Source of the DNA: Candidatus Omnitrophota bacterium
GTDB lineage: Bacteria; Omnitrophota; Gorgyraeia; Zapsychrales; JAHFFX01
NCBI GenBank assembly: GCA_023247725.1
Contig: JAHFFW010000013.1
Coordinates: forward strand, 1,031-65,030
Direction: 5' to 3'
DNA: 64,000 nt
The position numbers and the translations under genes were made by a program. Shown here piece after piece: positions 56,701 to 64,000 of the stretch. How positions within the stretch are numbered: position 1 is the stretch's first letter; every line of letters begins with the position of its first letter. The notes under the pieces were generated by a model that was given only the letters and a program-made list of their open reading frames with translations, was not told the origin of the DNA and made no database searches.

Positions 56701-57210
56701 TTTTCCAAAAATCTGCAGGAAATCATCCGCGGCCTTAAGCGCGCTCGTGTAGTTTCCCTGACGGATATTCCAGGCGAGCTCGCCGCGCAGGCACGCCGAG
56801 GTCGCCAGAAGGCCTTCGCTGTATTGGGCGAGGATTTCTTTATCCATCCGGGGCCGGTAATAAAAACCTTCCAAATATCCCAAAGAGACCAATTTCATGA
56901 GATTCTTGTATCCGGTTTCATCCTTGGCAAACAAAACCAGATGCGACGCTCCCCCCTTGCCGGCACTTTTGTCGGTCCGATGGCCCGGGGCCACATAGGC
57001 CTCGCATCCAATGATGGGTTTGATGCCGAGCTTAATAGCGGTCTGATAAAATTCGATGGCGCCAAAGACATTGCCATGGTCCGTCATGCCAAGGGCCGGC
57101 ATTTTGTAATCCACGGCTTTCTGGATGAGTTCCTTGATGCGGCAGGCTCCGTCGAGGAGACTGTACTGCGTATGGACGTGCAGATGAACGAAATCGGAAT
57201 GGTAATTCAT
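53776..57210 (-). CDS. dnaE: DNA polymerase III subunit alpha
   Basis: 1144 aa; N-terminal PHP (HLHVHTQYS), polymerase core, OB domain. Confidence 0.95.
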   Translation of the reverse strand: MNYHSDFVHLHVHTQYSLLDGACRIKELIQKAVDYKMPALGMTDHGNVFGAIEFYQTAIKLGIKPIIGCEAYVAPGHRTDKSAGKGGASHLVLFAKDETGYKNLMKLVSLGYLEGFYYRPRMDKEILAQYSEGLLATSACLRGELAWNIRQGNYTSALKAADDFLQIFGKGNFYLELMEHDLPDQKIVNEGLLKISADLKLPVVATNDIHYLEQSQSLAHEALLCIQTQTTLDDPNRMRLKTDQFYFKDPALMKKMFSANPEAIRNTLEIADKCNLELQFNELHLPRYEMPVGATKEEYLRELCLQGIKDRYGTPTFEVNERLDHELGVIHKMGFEGYFLIVWDFIHYAKQKGIPVGPGRGSAAGSLVSYLLGITDLDPLKYGLLFERFLNPERLGMPDIDIDFCFERRSEVIEYVTNKYGKDNVAQIITFGSMQARAAIRDVGRVMGLPYSDVDKIAKLIPGTPDMTLSESLKIEPQLLQLYQQEEKTANLINTARVLEGLSRHASIHAAGVVISDKPLTEYVPLFKTSDGQITTGYAMDGIAKIGLLKMDFLGLRTLTVISETIKLIRRYRNIEVDINKISIDDKKTYALLSQANSFGIFQLESSGMRDLLKRIRPSQFEDVISILALYRPGPIGSGMLDDFIKRKKGEIQVKYDHPKLESLLKETYGIIVYQEQVMQIASVLAGFSMTQADHLRRAMSKKNPEEMDKMRKAFVDGCQKTNKIKEELANKIFDLIDYFSGYGFNKSHSAAYALITYRTAYLKANYPVEFMCALLTSEKDNTDKVVEYVKEAQAMGLRVLPPDLNHSLTEFSVVDEKTIRFGLIAVKNVGATAIESIVEKRRQEGFYQSLFDFCNRVDLRLCNRKVIESLIKCGALDCFGCRRSQLIAMMDQALERGTQSQKEKAAGQFSFFDLAQNNGFEKAATVLPDIKEWPQAQILAFEKEVLGYYISGHPLAHYKIEIKEFADHSSGKLRSASDGQEIRLVGLLNSVKLTMTKRTNERMAICRLEDLDGEIEVLVFPSAYPAVANDLKEGEVVLVKGRLSLKEDVPRLIASDVRPIGQAYKSIKAINVDLSRLGQEGLRSLKEKLAGYPGKVPVYLSLDTKAYKSVQILVGEDLFVAPTENLLDELKEMIGEDRFSLKV

Positions 57211-57302
57211 GCGGCCGGGCTATCTTTGTCTCATCATTGCTTGTGAATCAAAATAAGTTTTTTTTATTATACCATAAGCCGCAAAGCCGGCCAGAGGTGA
57301 AT

Positions 57303-59543
57303 TCAAATAGTTTTTTCTCTGGTCAGAAAAATTCTGGCTAAACGCAATTCCTCGTAGGAAAAATCATCACCGAGCCTGGCCTTGACTGGCGATAACCGTA
57401 AGTTTCCAGCTTGTGCGAAGGCCTTTTCTATCATCACAAACCGTGACTCGGAAGGTCTCAGATGGTTGATCTCGAGGGAAGGATCTTCTTGCGCCAATCG
57501 CTCGATATGGGACAGAATCGTCGCTACGGCCAACCCTCGGGCCCGGGCCATTTCCGCAAGCGATAACTTTTGTTCCAGCAACTTTTTGGTCTCGCGGTAG
57601 GTTAAGGTGACGATGGCATCGGGCCTCCGCGCATTGGAAAGGCTCGCCGGCCCTGCCGGGCCATGGCCATGCTCACGGCAGAACTCGGCAATCTTTTTCA
57701 TAAAGGCAGGACCAAACTGCAGCAATTTCTGCTGCCCCACTCCTGTAATCGCAAGAAAACTTTCGGCATTCTGCGGCAGACGACGGGCCATTTCTTTCAA
57801 GGAAATATCTCCAAAGATGACAAAGGGAGGCACCCCGCGCGCGGCGGCCAGGTCCTGGCGCAGCTGACGCAGTTGTTCAAAAAGCGCCGGATGATCCATC
57901 CTCTCATCCCGGCGTACTGGCGAAAATCCTTTTACCGACTTTTTGTCGGTCGATCGCAAGGCGGGTAAAAAAAGTGGTTCGCCGCCGTTAAGAAAATTGC
58001 GCCCAGAGGCCGTAAGGACAATGAGCGGATATTCGCCGGTCGTCTTCATTAAGAATCCTTTCTCCGCCAACAATCCAACAATCTCTTTGAGCTGTTGAGG
58101 ATGAAACATCTGGCCCTGCCCGTAAACCGGCAGATGCTGATGCCCCCATCGTAAGATCCGTTCATTGCGCGAGCCGCGCAACACCTCGATAATGTACTGC
58201 GCTCCAAATTGACCGCCGGTCGCGCGAACGCATTCCAGAACCAACCGGCCGATCGTGGTCGCGTCAAATTCTCCCGTCGAACGCAGACAGCGATCGCATT
58301 GCCCGCAGTTATCCCGCGCGTAACGTTCGCCGAAATAGGCCAGCAAAAATTTTCTGCGGCAACCAAAACTTTCACAAAACGCCGTTAATTGATTGAGTTT
58401 TTCCAAGGCCTGCCGGCGCTGCGTGATATCGGTCATCTGCTTGATGAAATATTCCTGTTTAAAGCGATCGGCATAGGAATAAAACAACACACACTTCGCG
58501 GGAAGCCCGTCGCGGCCGGAGCGTCCGGTTTCCTGATAATAGCCCTCGATGGATTTGGGGAGATCATAATGAACGATGAGATGGATATCGGGCTTGTCAA
58601 TGCCCATGCCAAAGGCGATCGTCGCGGTGATGACGGGTGTCTGCGTGTTCAGGAAACGGTCTTGAATATCATGACGGGCCTGCGCCTCCAGTCCGGCGTG
58701 ATAGGCCTCTGCTCTGATTCCGCGGGCGCGCAATTCTTCTGCTATCTCCTCGGTGTTTTTGCGCGAAAAACAGTAAATGATCGCCGCCCGGTTTTTGTGC
58801 AGCGGACTTTCTAGAAGGGCCAAGAGCTCGGTGAAACACCCCTCTTTCGGTCGAATGTCATAATAAAGATTGGGGCGATCGAAACTCGATAAAAATATGC
58901 GCGGCGTTTTGAGACGCAGGTGTTCGGCGATATCCTGACGCACCCGGGGGGTTGCCGTCGCTGTCAGCGCCATCATCGCCGCGCCTGGAAAATCATCGCG
59001 CAAATTCTTGAGATTCAGATATTCCGGGCGAAAATCGTGCCCCCATTGAGAAATGCAATGCGCTTCATCGATGGCGATAAAAGAGATATGCACGCCCCGC
59101 AGAAATTCCCGGAATTCCCCGATGGCCAGCCGTTCGGGAGCGAGATAAAGAAGTTTAATCTCTGCCCGCTTAAGGCGTTCTTTGATCGCATCGATTTCTT
59201 CGTAGATCAAACTGCTATTGATAAATTCCGCCGCGATCCCATTGGCCTTGAGGCCGTCAACCTGATCCTTCATGAGGGAAATCAAGGGCGAGACGACGAT
59301 CGTGAGCCCCGCAAAAACCAGCGCCGGCAACTGATAACACAGCGACTTGCCGCCGCCCGTCGGCATAAGGACCAGCGCATCCCGACCCGACAACACATGC
59401 CCGATCGTGTCCTCCTGCATCGGCAGAAACCGTTCGTAGCCGAAATGAGTTTTTAACAAATCCGGAAGGGAAACTGTCCTGCGAGAAGGAACAATTTCAT
59501 TGGTACTGCGTCGTTGAGTGTTGTTGTCTCCAGTCGTCATCAT
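57303..59543 (-). CDS. recQ: ATP-dependent DNA helicase RecQ with extended C-terminus (ORF runs to 59822; homology starts near MMTTGDNN)
   Basis: RecQ helicase motifs (LMPTGGGKSLCYQLPA, DEAH), zinc-binding RQC Cys cluster, HRDC and an extra C-terminal helical region. Confidence 0.9.
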   Translation of the reverse strand: MMTTGDNNTQRRSTNEIVPSRRTVSLPDLLKTHFGYERFLPMQEDTIGHVLSGRDALVLMPTGGGKSLCYQLPALVFAGLTIVVSPLISLMKDQVDGLKANGIAAEFINSSLIYEEIDAIKERLKRAEIKLLYLAPERLAIGEFREFLRGVHISFIAIDEAHCISQWGHDFRPEYLNLKNLRDDFPGAAMMALTATATPRVRQDIAEHLRLKTPRIFLSSFDRPNLYYDIRPKEGCFTELLALLESPLHKNRAAIIYCFSRKNTEEIAEELRARGIRAEAYHAGLEAQARHDIQDRFLNTQTPVITATIAFGMGIDKPDIHLIVHYDLPKSIEGYYQETGRSGRDGLPAKCVLFYSYADRFKQEYFIKQMTDITQRRQALEKLNQLTAFCESFGCRRKFLLAYFGERYARDNCGQCDRCLRSTGEFDATTIGRLVLECVRATGGQFGAQYIIEVLRGSRNERILRWGHQHLPVYGQGQMFHPQQLKEIVGLLAEKGFLMKTTGEYPLIVLTASGRNFLNGGEPLFLPALRSTDKKSVKGFSPVRRDERMDHPALFEQLRQLRQDLAAARGVPPFVIFGDISLKEMARRLPQNAESFLAITGVGQQKLLQFGPAFMKKIAEFCREHGHGPAGPASLSNARRPDAIVTLTYRETKKLLEQKLSLAEMARARGLAVATILSHIERLAQEDPSLEINHLRPSESRFVMIEKAFAQAGNLRLSPVKARLGDDFSYEELRLARIFLTREKTI

Positions 59544-59605
59544 TGCAGGATGGAAATTCGTTTGATTCAGGGTAGAAAAACAAGGGCGGGGGAAAAATGA
59601 TATTA

Positions 59606-59777
59606 TTCTGCTTCGCAACAGCAATAGGAGCTTCCAGTGTTGCTTCGCAGCAATATTCTCCGTGCAGAATAATTGCTCCGTTCTCCTTCGCTCCCCAATG
59701 CTTTCACGTTTGGGCTGCGGAGGAACGGTCCTTCGAAGCCCCAACGTAAAAACATTGGGGCGAAGGAGAATAGGACG
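59606..59777. other. Two large stem-loops (about 75 nt with 10-bp closing stem ATTATTCTGC/GCAGAATAAT; about 95 nt closed by CTCCTTCGCTCCCCAATG/CATTGGGGCGAAGGAG) in the recQ 5-prime region
   Basis: Seen directly. Confidence 0.35.
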
Positions 59778-59850
59778 GCTAATCTTTATTCTTGGGACTT
59801 TTGAGCCGCTCTTCTTCTCCAATCAATTCGACTAGGGCAGCGATTTGCGC

Positions 59851-60059
59851 TCAAGCCTTTCCTTATTCCCACTCTATCGTCGAAGGTGGCTTGGAGCTAT
59901 CCCGCTGAATTCGACGAGGTCGGGATTGCTTCCAAGCTTTCCTTATTCCCACTCTATCGTCGAAGGTGGCTTGGAGCTATCCCGCTGAATTCGACGAGGT
60001 CGGGATTGCTCCAAGCCTTTCCTTATTCCCACTCTATCGTCGAAGGTGGCTTGGAGCTA
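59851..60059. repeat. 2.6 tandem copies of an 80-81-bp unit; each unit contains the last 36 nt of guaA CDS ([11 protein letters not shown]-stop) plus 44 nt of downstream sequence; the third partial copy is the native guaA 3-prime end
   Basis: Copies 59851-59930, 59931-60010, 60011-60059 identical except one 1-nt indel. Confidence 0.85.
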
Positions 60060-61792
60060 ACATCATAGACCACGCGGTTGACGCCCTGGACTTCGTTGAT
60101 GATCCGGTTGGCAATTTTGCCAAGGAGTTCATAAGGAATCTTCACCCAATCGGCGGTCATCCCGTCGACGCTGCTGACACAGCGAATCGCGATCACGTTT
60201 TCGTAGGTCCGTTGATCGCCCATGACGCCGACGGTTTTAATGGGCAATAAAACAGCAAAGGACTGCCAGATCTCATGATAAAGATTGGCTTTTTTGATTT
60301 CATCCAGCACAATCTCATCGGCCTCACGCAGGATGTCAAGCCGTTCCTCGGTCACCTCTCCAATGACTCGAATCGCCAGCCCCGGCCCGGGGAACGGTTG
60401 TCTTTTGAGAACCGTCTCCGGAAGACCAAGGTGTTTTCCAATCACCCGGACTTCGTCCTTGAACAGATCCCGCAAAGGTTCGATCAGTTTGAACTTCATG
60501 TTTTTGGGCAAACCGCCGACATTATGATGAGTTTTGATGACGGCGGATGGCCCCCCGTTGGGAGAAACAGATTCAATGACATCCGGGTACAAGGTTCCTT
60601 GCGCCAAGAATTCGACATTCTTAAGTTTCTTGGCCGTATCCTGAAAGACTTTGATGAATTCATCGCCGATGATTTTGCGTTTTTCTTCTGGATCTTCGAT
60701 GTCTTTCAGCCTTTGCAAAAAACGCTTCCGGGCATCCACAATGGTCAGATTGATTTTAAAGGTGCCTTTAAACGTTCTCTCCACCGAAGCGACTTCATTT
60801 TTGCGCAATAATCCATTATCAACGAAGATGCAATGCAGCTGCTTGCCGATCGATTGGTTGATAAGCATGGCGGTCACCGCCGAATCCACTCCCCCGCTTA
60901 AACCCAGAACGATCTTCTTACGGCCGACGACATCGCGGATCTGCCGGGAAGCGGAGTGAATGAATTTGTCCATGGTCCAGCGCGGCAGGCAACCGCAGAT
61001 GGCGAGCAGGAAATTGCTGATGATCTGATTGCCGCGCTGCGTGTGCGCGACCTCCGGATGGAATTGAACCCCGTAAATTTTCTTCGCCCGGTTGGCAATG
61101 GCCGCGATCGGCGCATTCAAGGTATGGGCAATGGAAACAAAACCCGTCGGTAATTTTTTAATAGAATCACCGTGGCTCATCCAGCAGGTCAGGTTCGTGG
61201 GAAGATTGGCAAACAGATCCCGATTGCTATCGACGAATAATTCGGCGCTGCCGAATTCCCGTTCTCTGCTGCGATCGACCTTGCCCTCGAACATATGCGT
61301 GATCGCCTGCATCCCGTAACAAATTCCCAGAATCGGGATTCCCATTTTAAAAATCGCCCGGTCCGGCAGAGGCGCATTTTTATCATAAACACTCATGGGA
61401 CCGCCCGAGAGAATCAAGCCTTTGGGGGCCATCTGAGTGATTTCGGCCGGTGTGATGTTATAGGGAACGATCTTGCTAAAAACCTTATTCTCGCGGACCC
61501 GTCGGGCAATCAGCTGAGTGTATTGGGAACCGAAATCGAGGATGAAGATGACTTCTTTGGTGCGCGGGGTCTTTAAGGTTTTCTCATCGAAACCCTCGGA
61601 AGGGGTTCGGGCGAGACTTGTCACCGGCGATCTCAACCGCATAAAAGTGCTCCGGCGGTGAAATTTTTTCCATTTCGTTTCTACGAAATGGAGCTTTTTA
61701 AATTTCGCCATTTTGGGTTTTGGTTTTTTCGATTTGACTTTTCTGGCTAAAATTCTTTTTGTCTTCCCGTGTCTCATTTTCATCATGATCAC
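60023..61792 (-). CDS. guaA: GMP synthase (glutamine-hydrolysing)
   Basis: GATase1 domain, ATP-pyrophosphatase P-loop SGGVDS, conserved C-terminus ...KPPSTIEWE; true start probably internal to the ORF. Confidence 0.95.
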   Translation of the reverse strand: MIMMKMRHGKTKRILARKVKSKKPKPKMAKFKKLHFVETKWKKFHRRSTFMRLRSPVTSLARTPSEGFDEKTLKTPRTKEVIFILDFGSQYTQLIARRVRENKVFSKIVPYNITPAEITQMAPKGLILSGGPMSVYDKNAPLPDRAIFKMGIPILGICYGMQAITHMFEGKVDRSREREFGSAELFVDSNRDLFANLPTNLTCWMSHGDSIKKLPTGFVSIAHTLNAPIAAIANRAKKIYGVQFHPEVAHTQRGNQIISNFLLAICGCLPRWTMDKFIHSASRQIRDVVGRKKIVLGLSGGVDSAVTAMLINQSIGKQLHCIFVDNGLLRKNEVASVERTFKGTFKINLTIVDARKRFLQRLKDIEDPEEKRKIIGDEFIKVFQDTAKKLKNVEFLAQGTLYPDVIESVSPNGGPSAVIKTHHNVGGLPKNMKFKLIEPLRDLFKDEVRVIGKHLGLPETVLKRQPFPGPGLAIRVIGEVTEERLDILREADEIVLDEIKKANLYHEIWQSFAVLLPIKTVGVMGDQRTYENVIAIRCVSSVDGMTADWVKIPYELLGKIANRIINEVQGVNRVVYDVSSKPPSTIEWE

Positions 61793-62949
61793 TTTCCCAT
61801 TCCGACCCGTTGGCCAACCTGAAAGACCTTGCCTTCCGTTTGAATGGAAGGGGCGATGATGATCTCCACATCATGCATCTCTTTGATATTGGTGGCGCCC
61901 AAAGAACCCATCGACGTTTTTAAGGCGCCGACGAGATTTTGCGAACCGTCATCGACTTTCGCAGGGCCGAAGAGAATCTCTTTTAAGCTGCCGGTTGTAC
62001 CGACCTTGATGCGAGTACCGCGCGGCAAGTTGGCGTGCGAGGTGGCCATGCCCCAATGAAATCCCTTACCCGGCGCCTCAATGGCCTTGGCAAAGGCGGA
62101 TCCCACCATCACGGCATCGCCTCCGGCGGCGAAGGCCTTGCAGATTTCTCCGCCTATCCGCATACCCCCGTCGGTGATGATAGGAATATACCTCCCCACT
62201 TTTTTGAAAAAATAATCCCGCGCCGCGGCGCAATCAACCGTGGAAGTGATTTGCGGTACGCCAATTCCCAGTACCCCCCGCGTGGTACAGGCCGCCCCCG
62301 GACCAACGCCCACAAGAAGTCCCGAAACTCCCGCGTCCATGAGCTCCAAAGCAACATCATAGGTAACACAATTGCCAAGAATGACTGGAATTTTTAAACT
62401 TTTACAAAATTTGGCGATATCGAGGATTTGATATTGACTGGAAATATGCTGAACGGTCGCTACGGTTGATTGAACAATAAAAATATCGCAGCCCGCTTCT
62501 TGGGCAATCGCGGCGAAATCCTTGGCATTTTGGGGAATGCAGCTGACAACGGCCGGGACTTTTTTCGATTTGATTTCTTTAATTCTTTTAGAAATGAGTT
62601 TTTCTTTTACCGGCTGAAGGTAAATACTTTGAACAAGTTTGGTGGCCTCCTCCGGCGAGGCGTTGGCGATCTGTTGCAAAACTTCTTCGGGATTATCATA
62701 ACGGGTTTGCACCCCGTCCAGATTCAAAACCGCAACGCCGCCCAATTGTCCCATTTCAACGGCAAAATGAACATCCACGACCCCATCCATGGCCGCGGCT
62801 AAAATGGGGATGTCAAACTTTAAATCTTTGATTTTCCAGGTGATATCAACTTCGTGAGGGTTTATGGTCAATCGTCCTGGCACCAACGCCACTTCATCGA
62901 ATCCATAACAGCGACGGGCGCGGCGGCCGATACCAATCCATTCTGCCAT
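61789..62949 (-). CDS. guaB: IMP dehydrogenase family protein (short form without CBS pair)
   Basis: TIM-barrel IMPDH/GMPR core with catalytic loop [11 protein letters not shown]; adjacent to guaA. Confidence 0.8.
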   Translation of the reverse strand: MAEWIGIGRRARRCYGFDEVALVPGRLTINPHEVDITWKIKDLKFDIPILAAAMDGVVDVHFAVEMGQLGGVAVLNLDGVQTRYDNPEEVLQQIANASPEEATKLVQSIYLQPVKEKLISKRIKEIKSKKVPAVVSCIPQNAKDFAAIAQEAGCDIFIVQSTVATVQHISSQYQILDIAKFCKSLKIPVILGNCVTYDVALELMDAGVSGLLVGVGPGAACTTRGVLGIGVPQITSTVDCAAARDYFFKKVGRYIPIITDGGMRIGGEICKAFAAGGDAVMVGSAFAKAIEAPGKGFHWGMATSHANLPRGTRIKVGTTGSLKEILFGPAKVDDGSQNLVGALKTSMGSLGATNIKEMHDVEIIIAPSIQTEGKVFQVGQRVGMGK

Positions 62950-63045
62950 ATAACGCTAACCTCCAAAGCGGAAAAAGCGGAAAAATTGCGGAATTTGATT
63001 CAAGGTAATGGCCTATAATATAGGGACTTTAGTTCGGCTTGTCAA

Positions 63046-63090
63046 TAACAAAAACGGGCAACCCCGCCCGTCGGCGGGGTTGCCCGTTTC
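63046..63090 (-). terminator. Rho-independent terminator of groEL (15-bp stem ACGGGCAACCCCGCC, loop CGTC, then T-run on minus strand)
   Basis: Seen directly, about 25 nt downstream of the groEL stop. Confidence 0.7.
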
Positions 63091-63113
63091 TCGATGGAAT
63101 CCATTGAATCGCT

Positions 63114-64000
63114 TTAATACATTCCCCCCATTCCCCCACCAGGAGGCATGGCCGGAGAGGGTTTATCTTTTTCCGGTTTATCGGTCACTAACGCTTCCGT
63201 CGTCAGAAGCAAGGAAGCGATGCTAGCCGCATTCTGCAAAGCGGTGCGGGTGACTTTGGCCGGATCGATCACGCCGGAATCAAACATATCCGTGTATTTG
63301 TCCTGGTTAATGTCATAACCCACATTGGAATTCTTTTCATTTTTTAAACGCTCGACGATCACCGAACCCTCCAGGCCGGCATTCGCGGCCAACTGCCGGA
63401 CAGGCTCTTCAATCGATCTTTGGACGATTTCAACTCCGGTGCGTTCGTCCCCGCGGAGTTTCTTCTTGAGTTCTTCGAGAACCGGGATGGTTCGCAACAA
63501 GGCCACACCACCGCCCGGCACAATGCCTTCTTCGACGGCCGCTCGAGTTGCGTGCAAGGCATCTTCCACACGGGCCTTCTTTTCTTTCATTTCCGTCTCG
63601 GTGGCCGCTCCCACATTAATGATGGCCACTCCACCGGAAAGTTTTGCCAGCCGTTCCTGCAACTTTTCTTTATCGTAAGAAGAATCGGTGTTCTCAATCT
63701 GGGTCTTGATCTGCCCGATCCTGGCCTTGATATCCGCAGTTTTGCCAGCCCCTTCCACGACCGTGGTGTTGTCTTTATCAATCTTGACCTTCTTGGCTCG
63801 GCCGAGATCTGACAAATTAATATTTTCGAGCTTGAGACCCAGATCCTCGGTGATGGCATTGCCTCCGGTCAATTTAGCAATATCTTCGAGCATCGCCTTA
63901 CGTCGATCGCCGTAACCCGGGGCCTTGACCGCGCAACAGACCAAGGTTTTGCGCATGTTGTTTACGACCAGTGTCGCGAGAGCCTCGCCCTCGACTTCTT
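63114..64000 (-). CDS. groL: Chaperonin GroEL (C-terminal part; gene continues beyond window end)
   Basis: ...[24 protein letters not shown]... and C-terminal GGM tail [13 protein letters not shown]; reading frame is open to position 64000. Confidence 0.9.
   Translation of the reverse strand, partial: EVEGEALATLVVNNMRKTLVCCAVKAPGYGDRRKAMLEDIAKLTGGNAITEDLGLKLENINLSDLGRAKKVKIDKDNTTVVEGAGKTADIKARIGQIKTQIENTDSSYDKEKLQERLAKLSGGVAIINVGAATETEMKEKKARVEDALHATRAAVEEGIVPGGGVALLRTIPVLEELKKKLRGDERTGVEIVQRSIEEPVRQLAANAGLEGSVIVERLKNEKNSNVGYDINQDKYTDMFDSGVIDPAKVTRTALQNAASIASLLLTTEALVTDKPEKDKPSPAMPPGGGMGGMY

Noticed and set aside
59544-59822. 93-codon N-terminal extension of recQ
   Set aside because: RecQ homology starts near MMTTGDNN; the upstream sequence is hairpin-rich and low complexity, and the frame is open probably by chance.
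59544-59850. RNase P RNA, tmRNA or SRP RNA in the structured recQ upstream region (GGAGGAACGGTCC vaguely resembles the RNase P GGAGGAAAGTCCGGGC)
   Set aside because: Other universally conserved RNase P motifs (AGGGTGAAA, ACAGAACCCGGCTTA), the tmRNA tag reading frame, and the SRP GGAAGCAGCC motif are all absent.
59851-60059. CRISPR array interpretation of the guaA-end repeats
   Set aside because: Both the would-be repeat and would-be spacer portions are identical between units; it is a simple tandem duplication, not repeat-spacer architecture, and no cas genes are present.
59886-60250. Track ORFs 59886..60068 and 59966..60250 (both beginning MAWSYPAEFDEVGIA)
   Set aside because: They are generated by reading through the 80-bp tandem repeat and the antisense of the guaA 3-prime end; the identical N-termini are repeat artefacts, not paralogous genes.
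216-64000. Numerous 60-190-aa antisense or out-of-frame ORFs inside large genes (within pnp, ftsK, ppdK, glyS, dnaE, recQ, guaA, hisS, groEL and others in the six-frame track)
   Set aside because: Fully embedded in well-supported conserved genes on the opposite strand or alternate frame; Arg/Gly/Pro-rich translations typical of non-coding frames.

Overview
This 64-kb window is almost entirely minus-strand chromosomal genes. Only a Hel308-like helicase gene and one doubtful small ORF lie on the plus strand. Most of it is housekeeping. Gene content (archaeal/eukaryal-type AspRS and dimeric GlyRS, Hel308-like helicase, PolX, NfnAB-like pair, TMTC-like membrane TPR protein, outer-membrane beta-barrel) suggests an uncultivated anaerobic didermic bacterium; I cannot name it. 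Accessory or unusual coding content: two Phd/YefM-type toxin-antitoxin loci (one paired with a VapC PIN toxin at the window edge, one orphan next to a truncated YoeB remnant), a ParA/MinD ATPase fused to a glycogen-binding CBM48 domain, a cluster of small hypothetical genes at 12.4-14.3 kb that includes a Flp-like pilin candidate, and a frameshifted tatD. The most unusual signals are noncoding. (1) An 80-bp unit containing the last 36 nt of guaA is present in 2.6 tandem copies, followed by about 230 nt of large hairpins in front of recQ. (2) A 145-nt GC-rich multi-hairpin element bounded by perfect 16-bp terminal inverted repeats lies between panB and a zinc-ribbon gene. (3) A 30-nt tandem repeat built from CCGGA hexamers at 8-nt spacing starts inside the last codons of the TPR gene, upstream of tRNA-Arg. 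(4) GTCACA/TGTGAC heptamer arrays with 8-nt period bracket the aspS leader in inverted orientation. (5) An 82-nt nested palindrome sits between divergent panE and hel308. (6) GC-rich perfect palindromes of the kind this genome uses as intergenic terminators are embedded in frame inside a membrane glycosyltransferase-like ORF. I recognised no CRISPR array, reverse transcriptase, integrase or transposase. Coordinates I derived by hand counting may be off by 1-3 nt.
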